Below are positions 9,278 through 19,224 of a DNA stretch of 64,000 bases, in pieces. The DNA comes from Patescibacteria group bacterium. GTDB taxonomy: Bacteria; Patescibacteriota; Patescibacteriia; Buchananbacterales; UBA6539. The notes under the pieces were generated by a model, which was not told where the DNA came from, did not search any database, and saw only the letters and a list, made by a program, of their open reading frames with translations. Made by a program: the position numbers and the translations under genes. The DNA lies in assembly GCA_041649675.1 (NCBI GenBank), contig JBAZMQ010000003.1, positions 5,335-69,334 on the forward strand, given 5' to 3'. Numbering within the stretch: the stretch's first letter is position 1; each line of letters begins with the position of its first letter.

Positions 9278-10246
9278 ATGGAAATTTCAGAAATCAGTCA
9301 AAAAATTTATCAACAAATTAAACAAGCTCAAAATATATTATTGATTGCTCATCCGCGGCCTGATGCCGACGCGTTAGGCAGTTTAGTAGCCCTTGGAAGC
9401 TGGTTGGATTTTTTAGGTAAAACTCATACTAAGTTTTGTCTTGATCAACCGGCTAACAGTTTGTCCTGGTTGACTAGCTATCAACCAATTATTACGGATC
9501 CAAATTATTTAATTAGCCAGCAGTATGATTTAATTGTAGTTTTGGATTCAGGTGATTTGAAATACGCCGGGGTTGATAAACTTTTACCCCAATTTTCTTT
9601 TTTGCCACCGATTATCAATATTGATCATCACGCGACCAATCGAAATTTTGGCAGCCTTAACTTAGTTGATACTAAAGCCACTTCAACTACGGAAATTATT
9701 TTTCAGTTTTTTAAAAATTTGAAAGTTAAAATTACGCCCAAGCTGGCTACCGCTTTGTTAGCCGGTATTCTTAACGATACATATAATTTTACCAACCCTA
9801 ATACGAGTTACAAATCTTTAGAAACGGCCTCTAGGCTTTTGCGAGCCGGGGCAATTTTGCCGCAAGTCAGCGATTCAATTTTGAAAAATAAAACCATTGA
9901 TACTTTGCAGATTTGGGGAAAAATTTTGGTTCGTTTGAATCGTAATACTAAATTGGGAATTGTTTCAACCGTTATTACTCAGCAGGATTTGAATGATGAT
10001 TCAATTGCTTCAGAAATTACCGAAGGTATAGCAAATTTTTTAAATAATTTAACCGGAGCCAAGGCAGTGTTAATTTTAGAACAGCAGCCCGACAATATGA
10101 TTAAAGGTAGTTTTAGAACGAATGACGATTTGATTGATGTCTCTAAATTAGCTAAAATACTAGGTGGTGGTGGTCACAAGAAAGCCGCTGGGTTTAAAAT
10201 TAGTGGCAAGCTAATAAATACAGAAAGCGGCTGGCAGGTTATATAA
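9278..10246 (+). CDS. nrnA: DHH/DHHA1 oligoribonuclease-PAP phosphatase
   Basis: HPRPDADALGS, IDHH, GGGGHKKAAG motifs. Confidence 0.9.
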   Translation: MEISEISQKIYQQIKQAQNILLIAHPRPDADALGSLVALGSWLDFLGKTHTKFCLDQPANSLSWLTSYQPIITDPNYLISQQYDLIVVLDSGDLKYAGVDKLLPQFSFLPPIINIDHHATNRNFGSLNLVDTKATSTTEIIFQFFKNLKVKITPKLATALLAGILNDTYNFTNPNTSYKSLETASRLLRAGAILPQVSDSILKNKTIDTLQIWGKILVRLNRNTKLGIVSTVITQQDLNDDSIASEITEGIANFLNNLTGAKAVLILEQQPDNMIKGSFRTNDDLIDVSKLAKILGGGGHKKAAGFKISGKLINTESGWQVI

Positions 10247-10323
10247 ATCGAATCAGGAATCGTGAATTATGAATTATGGTTTTATTTCCTTAATTCCTAA
10301 TTCCTAATTCCTAATTCTAAAAT

Positions 10324-10899
10324 ATGTATCTCATCCCAACTGTCATTGAAAAATCTAATTATGGCGAGCGAGCTTATGATATTTATTCTCGCTTGCTTAA
10401 AGAAAGAATTATTTTTTTGGGTTCACCCATTGATGATGCGGTAGCCAACACCGTCATTGCCCAACTTTTGTTTTTAGACAGCGAAGACACCAAAAAGGAT
10501 ATCAAGCTTTATATTAACAGTCCGGGCGGATCAGTCACGGCTGGTTTGGCAATTTATGACACCATGCAATATGTCAAAGCCGACGTGATGACAATTTGTA
10601 TTGGTATGGCTGCTTCCATGGGCGCATTGATTCTGGCTTCCGGTGCCAAGGGTAAAAGAATTGCTTTGCCTAATGCCGAAATCATGCTGCATCAAGTCAT
10701 GGGCGGCGCCGAAGGCCAAGCCACAGATATTAAAATTAGGGCCGAACATATTTTGCGAATCAAAGAACGAATGAATCAGATTTTGGCTTCTCATACCGGT
10801 CAGTCAATTAAAAAAATTGAGCAGGACACTGACCGTGATTATTTTATGAATTCGGATGAAGCCAAAAAATATGGGATTGTTGATAAGATTATCAAGTAA
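10324..10899 (+). CDS. clpP: ATP-dependent Clp protease proteolytic subunit
   Basis: [28 protein letters not shown] motifs. Confidence 0.98.
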   Translation: MYLIPTVIEKSNYGERAYDIYSRLLKERIIFLGSPIDDAVANTVIAQLLFLDSEDTKKDIKLYINSPGGSVTAGLAIYDTMQYVKADVMTICIGMAASMGALILASGAKGKRIALPNAEIMLHQVMGGAEGQATDIKIRAEHILRIKERMNQILASHTGQSIKKIEQDTDRDYFMNSDEAKKYGIVDKIIK

Positions 10900-11027
10900 T
10901 CCATAGTTTCTATATTAAAAATAAAAACCGGAAAACATCCGGTTTTTGGATTTGGTAAAAATTATTGCTAATTTTTTAAAAATAAGAAAATCCCGCAAGG
11001 TTGTCGCCTTACGGGATAGGGATAATC

Positions 11028-11729
11028 CTAATGAAACCCATTTTTGCAGTAAAAGAGATAAACCGGCCGCGGGGAGTTATCTTCGTCAACATCCAGCCAT
11101 GCTCCATTTTTTCTAAACTGGAGGTAATGAGAGACAAAGATTTCAACCCTTACTGCAGCACTGGGCGGCGGGATGGTTCTGTCTCTTAGATTCTGCCACT
11201 TGTTTGTTTTAACAAATGAAAGAAGGCTTTCAAAATTGTTACCTTGCCAGAGCACCTCGTCTTTTCCGAGATTGCTTTTTGTCCCGGCCCTGGTGTTTCT
11301 GATTATGCGCCAGTAGGTCGCCTGATTAAGCTTTTCCACCGCTATTTCCAAATTTAATAACCTCGCCCACTTTGTCACTTGAGGCAGCTTGCCTACGTCA
11401 ATCGGCGGCCTGGTGGCCAAAATGACAATTTGGTCTGCCCGTCGGGGGGAAACGAAATCTTGGAAATAAGTCGGTTGGTTGCAGGCCAAGATTTCGAGAT
11501 TTTCATTTGCCCCACCGCATTCAATTCTACGGCAGCCAGAGACATGAAAAAAGTATTGCTGGCCTTCAGCCGACACAAACCCAAAGCCTTCGCCTTGTTT
11601 AAAACGACCATCTTTTCCCGTTGCAGCTTTAAAGCTGTTAACTACAGCAATTTGCCAATCGTTTTGTTCCAATACCTTGTCTACATTTGTCTCAGCCCCT
11701 GCCATTGTTATTGCCAATGCAGTCTCCAT
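11028..11729 (-). CDS. Hypothetical protein with cold-shock-like OB motif
   Basis: GFGFVS..YFFHVS RNP1/RNP2-like motif; start chosen at the SD-preceded ATG 11729. Confidence 0.6.
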   Translation of the reverse strand: METALAITMAGAETNVDKVLEQNDWQIAVVNSFKAATGKDGRFKQGEGFGFVSAEGQQYFFHVSGCRRIECGGANENLEILACNQPTYFQDFVSPRRADQIVILATRPPIDVGKLPQVTKWARLLNLEIAVEKLNQATYWRIIRNTRAGTKSNLGKDEVLWQGNNFESLLSFVKTNKWQNLRDRTIPPPSAAVRVEIFVSHYLQFRKNGAWLDVDEDNSPRPVYLFYCKNGFH

Positions 11730-11920
11730 ATCGATTTCCTTCATCAGGTTAAAGATCCATATATTTTTACAACCCAAATTAAAGTAAGGGTTGACTTGCC
11801 ACCCTATCACATTTAATCATTTTTGTCAATGCAAAAACGTAAATTTTGGTGGTTTTAACTTTTAGCCCTTGACACCTTTTTTAGATCTGCTAAGATACTT
11901 ACATCATTAACAACTGAGAG

Positions 11921-12030
11921 GTTATCAAGAGTGCTACTTGCTAAGGGTACTGGCCCAAAAGTAGCCAGCAACTCGGTTTCCTATCTGGAAGCGACAGAGT
12001 GCTAAATCCAGCCCATTAGGGGAAGATAAC
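11921..12030 (+). ncRNA. SAM-I (S-box) riboswitch
   Basis: TTATCAAGAG..AGGG-TACTGGCCC..GCAAC..GTGCTAAATCC..GAAGATAA matches the S-box consensus; hairpin+T-tract terminators follow at ~12041-12110. Confidence 0.8.
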
Positions 12031-12165
12031 AAGGATTTTAAAGACTCTTGCCCAAGAGTTTTTTTGATCGAAAAAAGCTAATCTTTTCCCCAAGAAGGTT
12101 AGCTTTTTTTGATCTTTGTATATAGAAGTATAGGTGGATAAAAAAACCAAAAAGGAGGGTCGGAC

Positions 12166-12669
12166 ATGGGCCTTGTTATACAATTTCAACGACGAGCGAT
12201 TGAGGCTTTATTGCCTCATGTAATTGAAAAACCGATTCCGTCCAATTTAGCACTGGGTGCAGTTAACTTTTCTATCAAGGGTGGATCTCGTTTATTTGCC
12301 TTGGGTGTAAGTCCGGGATATGGCACTTGTGCCTCAATCCATGACATGAATGTCTTGGTTCTGGGAGAACAAAGACCAAAGTCTACTCCTTGGCTTCCAG
12401 CCCAACAGCCGATTTGCCATTGTGCCTATGCCGTTTTGTTACGTGACCTAACTAAAGGTGAATATGTGGAATGGTGCAGGTCCAACCTTTATCATGTTCC
12501 CAATCTTTCACAGCGGGTGATTGAAGGATTGCCAACTTCTCAAGCTATTGAAAAGTACATTAGCCGTACGGTCTGCTGTGTTGAGTTACTCCAAGTCGCC
12601 CAAGTCGCCCAAGCGGCTATTACTTGGACAATAATTGGCCATAAGGCTTTTTACGTAGTCCTGTGTTAG
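12166..12669 (+). CDS. Hypothetical protein downstream of SAM-I riboswitch
   Basis: AGGAGG RBS, 167 aa, terminator-like hairpin after. Confidence 0.6.
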   Translation: MGLVIQFQRRAIEALLPHVIEKPIPSNLALGAVNFSIKGGSRLFALGVSPGYGTCASIHDMNVLVLGEQRPKSTPWLPAQQPICHCAYAVLLRDLTKGEYVEWCRSNLYHVPNLSQRVIEGLPTSQAIEKYISRTVCCVELLQVAQVAQAAITWTIIGHKAFYVVLC

Positions 12670-13048
12670 GCATTAACGGGGGAGATTTAATTGAAGTCTC
12701 CCCTCTTTTTTATTTAGAAATAAAGAATTATTTATAAATTGTCAGGCTTGCCAAAAATCAATAAATATGCTAGAGTCTAGAAAGATTCATTTAATTAACA
12801 GAAAAATAGAGAATTAAGTCTAAGAAATTATTCAGGATTAAGAATCAGGCCGAAAAATTGCTTAAATTCCATCATTCTAACTAATTTATTTCGAAAGTAT
12901 ATTATCTCTACAATTCGAAAAATTAGCTTCAAATAATTAAGCTGGCTTTGCTAAGCGCAGTTTGGTTATTCATCTTAAGCCTTTTTAGGCCATCTCAATT
13001 CAAAAAATAATTGCACTTGATTCTCTATCTTTAACCAGATAGAAATTT

Positions 13049-14575
13049 ATGCAAACAATTTATTGGGCAATCGCGCTTTTTTGTGGTGTCATTGGCGGGA
13101 TTGCTTTTGGTTATCAATTGAGAAAGATCTGGGCGGTAAAGCGCAAAGATACAATTGAGACCAAAGTTGAAAATTTAATCAATGAAGCCAAGGCCAAGCA
13201 AAAAGAAATTTTATTGGCCGCCAACGACAAAGCCTTAAAGATTATTGAAGACGCCAAAGTTGAAGAGCGCCAACGCCAACAGGATTTATTACGGGCGCAG
13301 AAGCGCTTGGAAAGCCGCGAATCACTTTTTGATCAAAAGTTATTGGAATTAGAAAATAAAAAACAGGAACTTTTGGAAAAAGCCGAACGGATTGATAAGA
13401 TCAAATCTGAGATTGGTAAAATTAAAGAAGAGCAAATGGCCAAGCTGGAAAAGATTGCCGGTTTGACCCAAGAAGAGGCCAAAAAGGTTTTATTAGACAA
13501 TACCGAACGCGATATTAAAGATGATTTAGTGGTTAGAATTAAAAAATTAACCAATCAAGCCAGCGAGGAATTGGACAAAAAGGCCAAAGAAATTTTGTCC
13601 TTGGCCATTCAACGCTGTGCGGTTTCCCATGCCACTGAAAGCACCACTACGACCATTGATTTGCCTTCTGACGAAATGAAGGGCCGCATCATCGGCCGTG
13701 AAGGCAGAAATATTAGAACGGTTGAGCGCTTAACCGGTGTAGAAATTATTGTTGATGATACGCCTCAAGCCATTACTATTTCGGGTTTTTCGCCGATTAG
13801 ACGGCAAGTGGCCAAGCGAGCATTGGAAAAATTGATTTTGGATGGCCGGATTCACCCGGTAAAAATTGAAGAAGCAATTAACAATGCCAAGAAAGAAATC
13901 GCTACCGAAATTAAAGAAGCCGGTGAAAATACTTTGTATGAATTGGGTATTACTGGTGTTGATCCAAAATTAGTTCAGATTTTAGGCCGCTTAAAATACC
14001 GTACCAGTTACGGCCAAAATATTTTGCAGCACTCAATTGAAATTGCTAATCTGGCAGCGTTATTAGCCGAAGATTTAGGTGCCGATGTGGCCATTGCCAA
14101 AAAAGGTGGATTATTCCATGATATTGGTAAAGCCGTTGACCATGAAGTTCAAGGCAGCCATCCGGAAATTGGTTATGACATTTTGAAAAAATTTGGCATG
14201 CCTGAAGAAATTGCTTATATTGCCCGGGGTCATCATGAAGATAGTCCAAAGACTTTGGAAGCAATTATTGTTAAAGTGGCTGATGCCATTTCCGGTGCTC
14301 GGCCAGGCGCTAGAAAAGATACTTATGAACAATACCTCCAACGGTTGGATGAATTGGAAAAAGTGGCCACCAGTTTTGCCGGTGTGGAAAAATCTTATGC
14401 CATTCAGGCCGGTCGGGAAATTCGCGTCTTTGTTATGCCCGAAGAAATTGATGATTTAGCGGCTTTGAAATTAGCCAAAGAAATTGCTAAAAAAATTGAA
14501 GCGGAATTACGCTATCCCGGTGAAATTAAAGTCACCGTTATTAGAGAAACTCGGATAATTGAATACGCCAGATAA
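13049..14575 (+). CDS. rny: Ribonuclease Y
   Basis: N-terminal TM, coiled coil, KH motif MKGRIIGREGRNIR, HD motif FHDIGKA. Confidence 0.97.
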   Translation: MQTIYWAIALFCGVIGGIAFGYQLRKIWAVKRKDTIETKVENLINEAKAKQKEILLAANDKALKIIEDAKVEERQRQQDLLRAQKRLESRESLFDQKLLELENKKQELLEKAERIDKIKSEIGKIKEEQMAKLEKIAGLTQEEAKKVLLDNTERDIKDDLVVRIKKLTNQASEELDKKAKEILSLAIQRCAVSHATESTTTTIDLPSDEMKGRIIGREGRNIRTVERLTGVEIIVDDTPQAITISGFSPIRRQVAKRALEKLILDGRIHPVKIEEAINNAKKEIATEIKEAGENTLYELGITGVDPKLVQILGRLKYRTSYGQNILQHSIEIANLAALLAEDLGADVAIAKKGGLFHDIGKAVDHEVQGSHPEIGYDILKKFGMPEEIAYIARGHHEDSPKTLEAIIVKVADAISGARPGARKDTYEQYLQRLDELEKVATSFAGVEKSYAIQAGREIRVFVMPEEIDDLAALKLAKEIAKKIEAELRYPGEIKVTVIRETRIIEYAR

Positions 14576-14684
14576 TTAGTTGGTAGCTTTTTAGCTTCTT
14601 AGCTTTTTAGGTAATTGTTCGAACTGTAAAATTATAAGTTTAAATATTCAACATAGCGCGCTTTAATTTTAATTAAATTGCGTT

Positions 14685-15047
14685 ATGGTAAAAATATTCA
14701 CTTATAAAGATCTAATCGTTTGGCAAAAAGCCATGGATCTGGTCGTGGCTGTTTATCAGTTAACTAAAGATTTTCCGCATCAAGAGATTTATGGCTTAGT
14801 CTCTCAAATGAGACGGTGCGTAGTCTCAATTCCGTCCAATATTGCTGAAGGGCGTCGAAGGGGTAGCCGAAAAGATTATCGTCAATTTTTATTAATTGCT
14901 TATGCTTCAGGTTCGGAGTTAGAAACCCAGCTTGAAATTATTAAAAGATTAAATTTTTGTAACAATCAAGATTCTTTAAAAGCAGATCAATTGTTAGATG
15001 AAGTAATGCGAATGCTAAACAAAATTTTAAGTATTCTAAAAAGCTAA
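14685..15047 (+). CDS. Four-helix-bundle protein (23S rRNA IVS/S23-like family)
   Basis: YKDLIVWQKAMDL..FP..EIYGLVSQMRR..VSIPSNIAEG motif. Confidence 0.93.
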   Translation: MVKIFTYKDLIVWQKAMDLVVAVYQLTKDFPHQEIYGLVSQMRRCVVSIPSNIAEGRRRGSRKDYRQFLLIAYASGSELETQLEIIKRLNFCNNQDSLKADQLLDEVMRMLNKILSILKS

Positions 15048-15074
15048 TAAAGCTACAAGCTAAGAAGCTAAACT

Positions 15075-15869
15075 ATGAAAATATTATTCTTTGGTGATAT
15101 AATTGGTAAAATTGGCCGTAATGGACTCAAAAAAATCCTGCCGGAATTGAAAGCAGAATTTGAGCCTGATTTGACAATTGCTAATGCCGAAAATTTAGCT
15201 CATGGTTTGGGCGTTACCTCAAAGATTTTACAGGAAATGATTGAATCGGGAATTGATATTTTTACTTCTGGCAATCATGTTTTGTCCAAACCCGAAGCGG
15301 AGAAATTATTGACTGTACCTAATCCAGTTTTACTGCGGCCGGCCAATTACGTGGGCGAATTCCCGGGTGTTGGCTTTAAAGTTATTCCCGTCGGCTCCAA
15401 GTCAGTTTTAGTAATTAATTTGATGGGCCAGGTATTTATTAAAGACAATTTTGATAATCCGTTTCATAAAATTGATGAAATTTTGTATAAGTTTCAAAAG
15501 GATAACTTAGCCGCTATCATCATCGACTTTCACGCTGAAGCGACTTCGGAAAAAGTGGCTTTTGGCTGGTATGTTGACGGGCAAGTTTCGGCGGTTTTAG
15601 GCACTCATACTCATGTGCCAACCGCTGATTTGCGAATTTTGCCCCAAGGGACGGCTTATATTTCTGATGTTGGTATGGTTGGTGCAACTGACTCAGTTAT
15701 TGGTGACAAGAAAGAGCCAATCATCCAATCATTTCTAGCCGGTACTGGACCAGCCATTGAAATACCCGAGGAAGGCGAAGTCACAGTTAATGGTGTCTTT
15801 TTAGAGATTGATGCCAAGACAAAAAAAACGGTAAATTTTAGCCGGGTAGACAGAAAAGTTAAAGTGTAG
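15075..15869 (+). CDS. ymdB: YmdB-family metallophosphoesterase
   Basis: FFGDIIG, NAEN, TSGNH, DFHAEATSEK, GTHTHVPTAD. Confidence 0.93.
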   Translation: MKILFFGDIIGKIGRNGLKKILPELKAEFEPDLTIANAENLAHGLGVTSKILQEMIESGIDIFTSGNHVLSKPEAEKLLTVPNPVLLRPANYVGEFPGVGFKVIPVGSKSVLVINLMGQVFIKDNFDNPFHKIDEILYKFQKDNLAAIIIDFHAEATSEKVAFGWYVDGQVSAVLGTHTHVPTADLRILPQGTAYISDVGMVGATDSVIGDKKEPIIQSFLAGTGPAIEIPEEGEVTVNGVFLEIDAKTKKTVNFSRVDRKVKV

Positions 15870-15947
15870 TAACATAGATTTATAATTTAAAAAAATAATT
15901 GTTAACTATATGACTACCCTTGCCGGTAGTCAGGAAGGGGGTGAAAA

Positions 15948-16226
15948 ATGAACAAAGTAGAGCTCGTAGAAGTAATCAGTGAAAAAATTGGTGTTGCCAA
16001 AAAAGAAGTCGAAGATGTCGTTGACGCTTTGACCGACACCATTATCAATAAATTAAAAGAAGGTCAAGAAGTGACTTTGACTGGTTTTGGTGCCTTTTCG
16101 GCCCGAACTAGAAAAGGTCGCGTTGGTGTTAACCCTCGCAATCCTTCAGAAAAGATTGATATTCCTTCAGTGGTGGTTCCAAAATTTAAAGCTGGAAAAA
16201 ACCTTAAGGAAGCGCTAAAGAAATAA
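15948..16226 (+). CDS. hup: HU DNA-binding protein
   Basis: MNKVELVE..GFGAF..R.GVNPRN..PKFKAGKNLKE. Confidence 0.95.
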   Translation: MNKVELVEVISEKIGVAKKEVEDVVDALTDTIINKLKEGQEVTLTGFGAFSARTRKGRVGVNPRNPSEKIDIPSVVVPKFKAGKNLKEALKK

Positions 16227-16283
16227 TTAGCTAAAAATACAAGACCCCGCTAGCGGGGTCTTTTGCTATTAAGCCAAAGTTAA

Positions 16284-16688
16284 TTATTCAGTTAGCCATT
16301 TGATGGCTTCTTCTCTGTTTTGAAACGATTCAATCTGTTCTTTTTTACTTGTTAAATTTACGACAAATCTCATAATTGACTGTAACAAAGAGTTGGGAAC
16401 CAAAACCGCTACTTTTTTAATTTGTTCGTAATCTGACATTTTGGCAAAAATTTGCCTGGCTTGTGGGGAGGGATAATGAGCAGATAAACCCAGTGAAGTA
16501 AGGTCAAATATACAGTTAAATTGTTTACCGGAATTCTGGTTTAGAATTTCTTTTAGATTTTCATTAATCAATTCAGCCTGTTTAACATTAGAGGTTACAT
16601 CATTAACACCGTTAATCATTTTAATATTAATGATCTCATCTTCTAATGAGATTTTAAAAGTATTTTTTAAATTTTGGTCAGATTCCAT
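16284..16688 (-). CDS. STAS/SEC14 (SpoIIAA-like) domain protein
   Basis: KVAVL..F.NREEAIKWL terminal motif. Confidence 0.7.
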   Translation of the reverse strand: MESDQNLKNTFKISLEDEIINIKMINGVNDVTSNVKQAELINENLKEILNQNSGKQFNCIFDLTSLGLSAHYPSPQARQIFAKMSDYEQIKKVAVLVPNSLLQSIMRFVVNLTSKKEQIESFQNREEAIKWLTE

Positions 16689-16774
16689 ATTTTTTCTCCT
16701 TAATATTAGTATACCGCAAAAACAAAAAAACCTCTAATGCTAGAGATTTTTTCAATTCAATCCTGAACTAAATT

Positions 16775-16811
16775 CGCACCCGAAAGGATTTGAACCTTTA
16801 ACCCCTTGGTC
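16775..16811 (-). pseudogene. 3' half of an older tRNA-Arg
   Basis: Reverse complement GACCAAGGGGTT-AAAGG-TTCAAAT-CCTTT-CGGGTGCG; D-arm remnant GCTCGGATAGAG at 16914-16925. Confidence 0.7.
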
Positions 16812-16823
16812 TCCCGCGCAAAC

Positions 16824-16896
16824 CGCGCCCAGTAGGAGTCGAACCTACAACCTTCTGGTCCGAAGCCAGACGCTCTATCCATTGAGCTATAGGCGC
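16824..16896 (-). tRNA. tRNA-Arg(TCG), CCA not encoded
   Basis: GCGCCTA/TGGGCGC acceptor, CTGG-CTTCGGA-CCAG anticodon arm. Confidence 0.93.
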
Positions 16897-16957
16897 GGTT
16901 TGTTCGGGATAAACTCTATCCGAGCGGAAAGTTGTTAATATGTATAGTTATTCTTAT

Positions 16958-17033
16958 TGGTGGGCGCAGCAGGACTCGAACCTGCGACCGTCTCCTTAAG
17001 AGGGAGCAGCTCTACCAACTGAGCTATGCGCCC
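16958..17033 (-). tRNA. tRNA-Lys(CTT)
   Basis: GGGCGCA/TGCGCCC acceptor, loop CTCTTAA, CCA encoded. Confidence 0.93.
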
Positions 17034-17233
17034 AAGTTACTATAATTATTTAGATTGTGCTGGATAGATCTTATTAATCAGCTTTGTCATTCTGAGGGAA
17101 TAAAGAATTATTGGAATTGTTTGACTCTCTTTTGAGGTATAGACTTAGCTAATCTTTTGTTTCTAACTTCAATAAGATATCACGAAATTAATAAAAAATC
17201 AACCCCAGACTTATTTAGGGGTTGATTTTTAGA

Positions 17234-18274
17234 CTAGTCAATTAAGTCCGGAGTAGACATGTGGGATTGAGCGGTCTCTTTATTAATTATCCCTGCATTG
17301 TAAAGATTGATTAGATTTTGATCCATGGTAATCATTCCCTCTTTGGCACTGGTTTGAATCACTGTTTTGATTTGGGCAATTTTATTTTCCCGAATCAAAT
17401 TGGCAATTGCGGGTGTGTTGATTAAAATTTCGCGGCTGGCAACCCGGCCACCTTTTTCTTTTGGAATTAATTGTTGCGAGATGATTGCCTTTAAGGTCAT
17501 TGAAACTTGCAATCTGATTTGTTGCTGTTGGTGGGAGGGAAAAATATCAATAATACGATCAATGGTTTGGGCCGCATTATGAGTGTGTAAAGTTGCTAAT
17601 ACCAAATGGCCGGTCTCGGCTAAAGTAATAGTAGCGGCAATTGTTTCCAAGTCACGCATCTCACCGACCATAATAACATTAGGATCTTGGCGCAAGACAT
17701 GAATAAGAGCGCTTTCAAAAGTAATCATATCGGTATGCAACTGTCGTTGTTTGATAATACTTTTGTCTGGCTGAAATAAAAATTCAATTGGATCTTCTAG
17801 GGTAATGATATTAGCTGAACGATTGGCATTAATATAATTAATCATAGCGGCCAAAGTAGTTGATTTACCACAGCCAGTTGGCCCAGTAGTCAGAATTAAG
17901 CCCTGATTTAAACCAAGTAACTTGTAAGCAATTTCTGGCATTTCAATATCTTTCATGGTAGGAATTTCTGCCGAAATTACCCTGGCAACCAAACCGAGGT
18001 TATCTTTTTCCCAATGCAAGTTAACGCGGAACCGCTGGCCAGTTTTTATTTCATAAGATAAATCCAATTCGCGATTATTTAAAAAAGCTTCTTTCTGTTT
18101 TTCAGTCAACATTGGATAAATTAAATCCTCGGCAATCTTGTTGGTAATTTTTCCCTGACTTTTTATTGGTTGTAATTGGCCGTCAATTCTTAAAACTGGT
18201 GGCATGCCGCAAACCAAATGTAAATCGGAAGCTTTTTGGTCAACGGCAATTTTAAATAAATCGTCAATTTTCAT
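17234..18274 (-). CDS. pilT: Type IV pilus retraction ATPase
   Basis: ASDLHL, GPTGCGKSTT, EDPIEF, LRQDPN..GEMRD, TLHT. Confidence 0.95.
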   Translation of the reverse strand: MKIDDLFKIAVDQKASDLHLVCGMPPVLRIDGQLQPIKSQGKITNKIAEDLIYPMLTEKQKEAFLNNRELDLSYEIKTGQRFRVNLHWEKDNLGLVARVISAEIPTMKDIEMPEIAYKLLGLNQGLILTTGPTGCGKSTTLAAMINYINANRSANIITLEDPIEFLFQPDKSIIKQRQLHTDMITFESALIHVLRQDPNVIMVGEMRDLETIAATITLAETGHLVLATLHTHNAAQTIDRIIDIFPSHQQQQIRLQVSMTLKAIISQQLIPKEKGGRVASREILINTPAIANLIRENKIAQIKTVIQTSAKEGMITMDQNLINLYNAGIINKETAQSHMSTPDLID

Positions 18275-18295
18275 ATTAAAAAATTATTAGTTAAC

Positions 18296-19204
18296 TTATT
18301 GGTTAGTTTCTTGTTTTAAAGCAAAAAGTATTCCATAGACAGTGTTAGGTGAATATTTTTGTTGAATTTCTAGAAGTTCTTCTTTAAATAGTTGAGCCAA
18401 AGGTCCTTTGTCATTTTTAAATGCTATATCACTAGATTCAATTGGCGCCATGGCGCTTTCCCTTTGGAAAACCTGGTAGCCTAATGGCGGGGTGACACCT
18501 TTAACTAAATAATCGTCTTTGTTTAAGTCATCTAATTCTTCGGCAAAAATTTTGCATTTTTCCAATTCGTCATCTGGTCCGGTTTCGGCCAATGAGCCGT
18601 TTTTATGACCGCCAAAATAAAATTTTAACCCCATTCTTTTGCAGGCTTCCGAGTAACTTTCCGCCATGGCTGGAGTGGCCGACAAGGCCCCAAAAGCATT
18701 GAAGTCTTCTTGGTTAAAATGCTGGCATACTAGTTCTTGGCAGATTCCTTTATTTCGGTGTGCTAAATCGGTATAAGCTAAAGACAGGTAGCTGACCGAA
18801 TTAAGTTTAGGTTGGTCAGGATAATTGTAAGTTTCACTGGCCAAAAAGCTGACTAGTCGGTTGTTTTGATCAGCTACGACGACAATTCTGTCAGCTCGAC
18901 CGATATCGGCGTTAATAATGTTGTCAGTTAATACTCTTGATCTTTCTTGGGGGTTATCGCCGTCATAAACATCGGGACCGGTTTTATCATCATAAATTCT
19001 GACAACAGCATCACCAAAAAAATCAAGTATTTTTTCTGCTTCTTCTTTTGACTCCCATTGTTCCCTATCTTTTATTATGATTTCAAATAATTGTAAGTCT
19101 TTTAAAACTTCTGCCTCAGAATTAAAATCAACAATATCGGCCGATTTTAAGGTTGCCCGGAGTTGTTCTTTGATTGGTTTGGGCCTATTTTCTCTTTCAA
19201 CCAT
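18296..19204 (-). CDS. Hypothetical protein, possible GNAT fold
   Basis: AHRNKGI acetyl-CoA-binding-like motif. Confidence 0.6.
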   Translation of the reverse strand: MVERENRPKPIKEQLRATLKSADIVDFNSEAEVLKDLQLFEIIIKDREQWESKEEAEKILDFFGDAVVRIYDDKTGPDVYDGDNPQERSRVLTDNIINADIGRADRIVVVADQNNRLVSFLASETYNYPDQPKLNSVSYLSLAYTDLAHRNKGICQELVCQHFNQEDFNAFGALSATPAMAESYSEACKRMGLKFYFGGHKNGSLAETGPDDELEKCKIFAEELDDLNKDDYLVKGVTPPLGYQVFQRESAMAPIESSDIAFKNDKGPLAQLFKEELLEIQQKYSPNTVYGILFALKQETNQ

Positions 19205-19224
19205 AAAGGTTATAAGAAATATTT

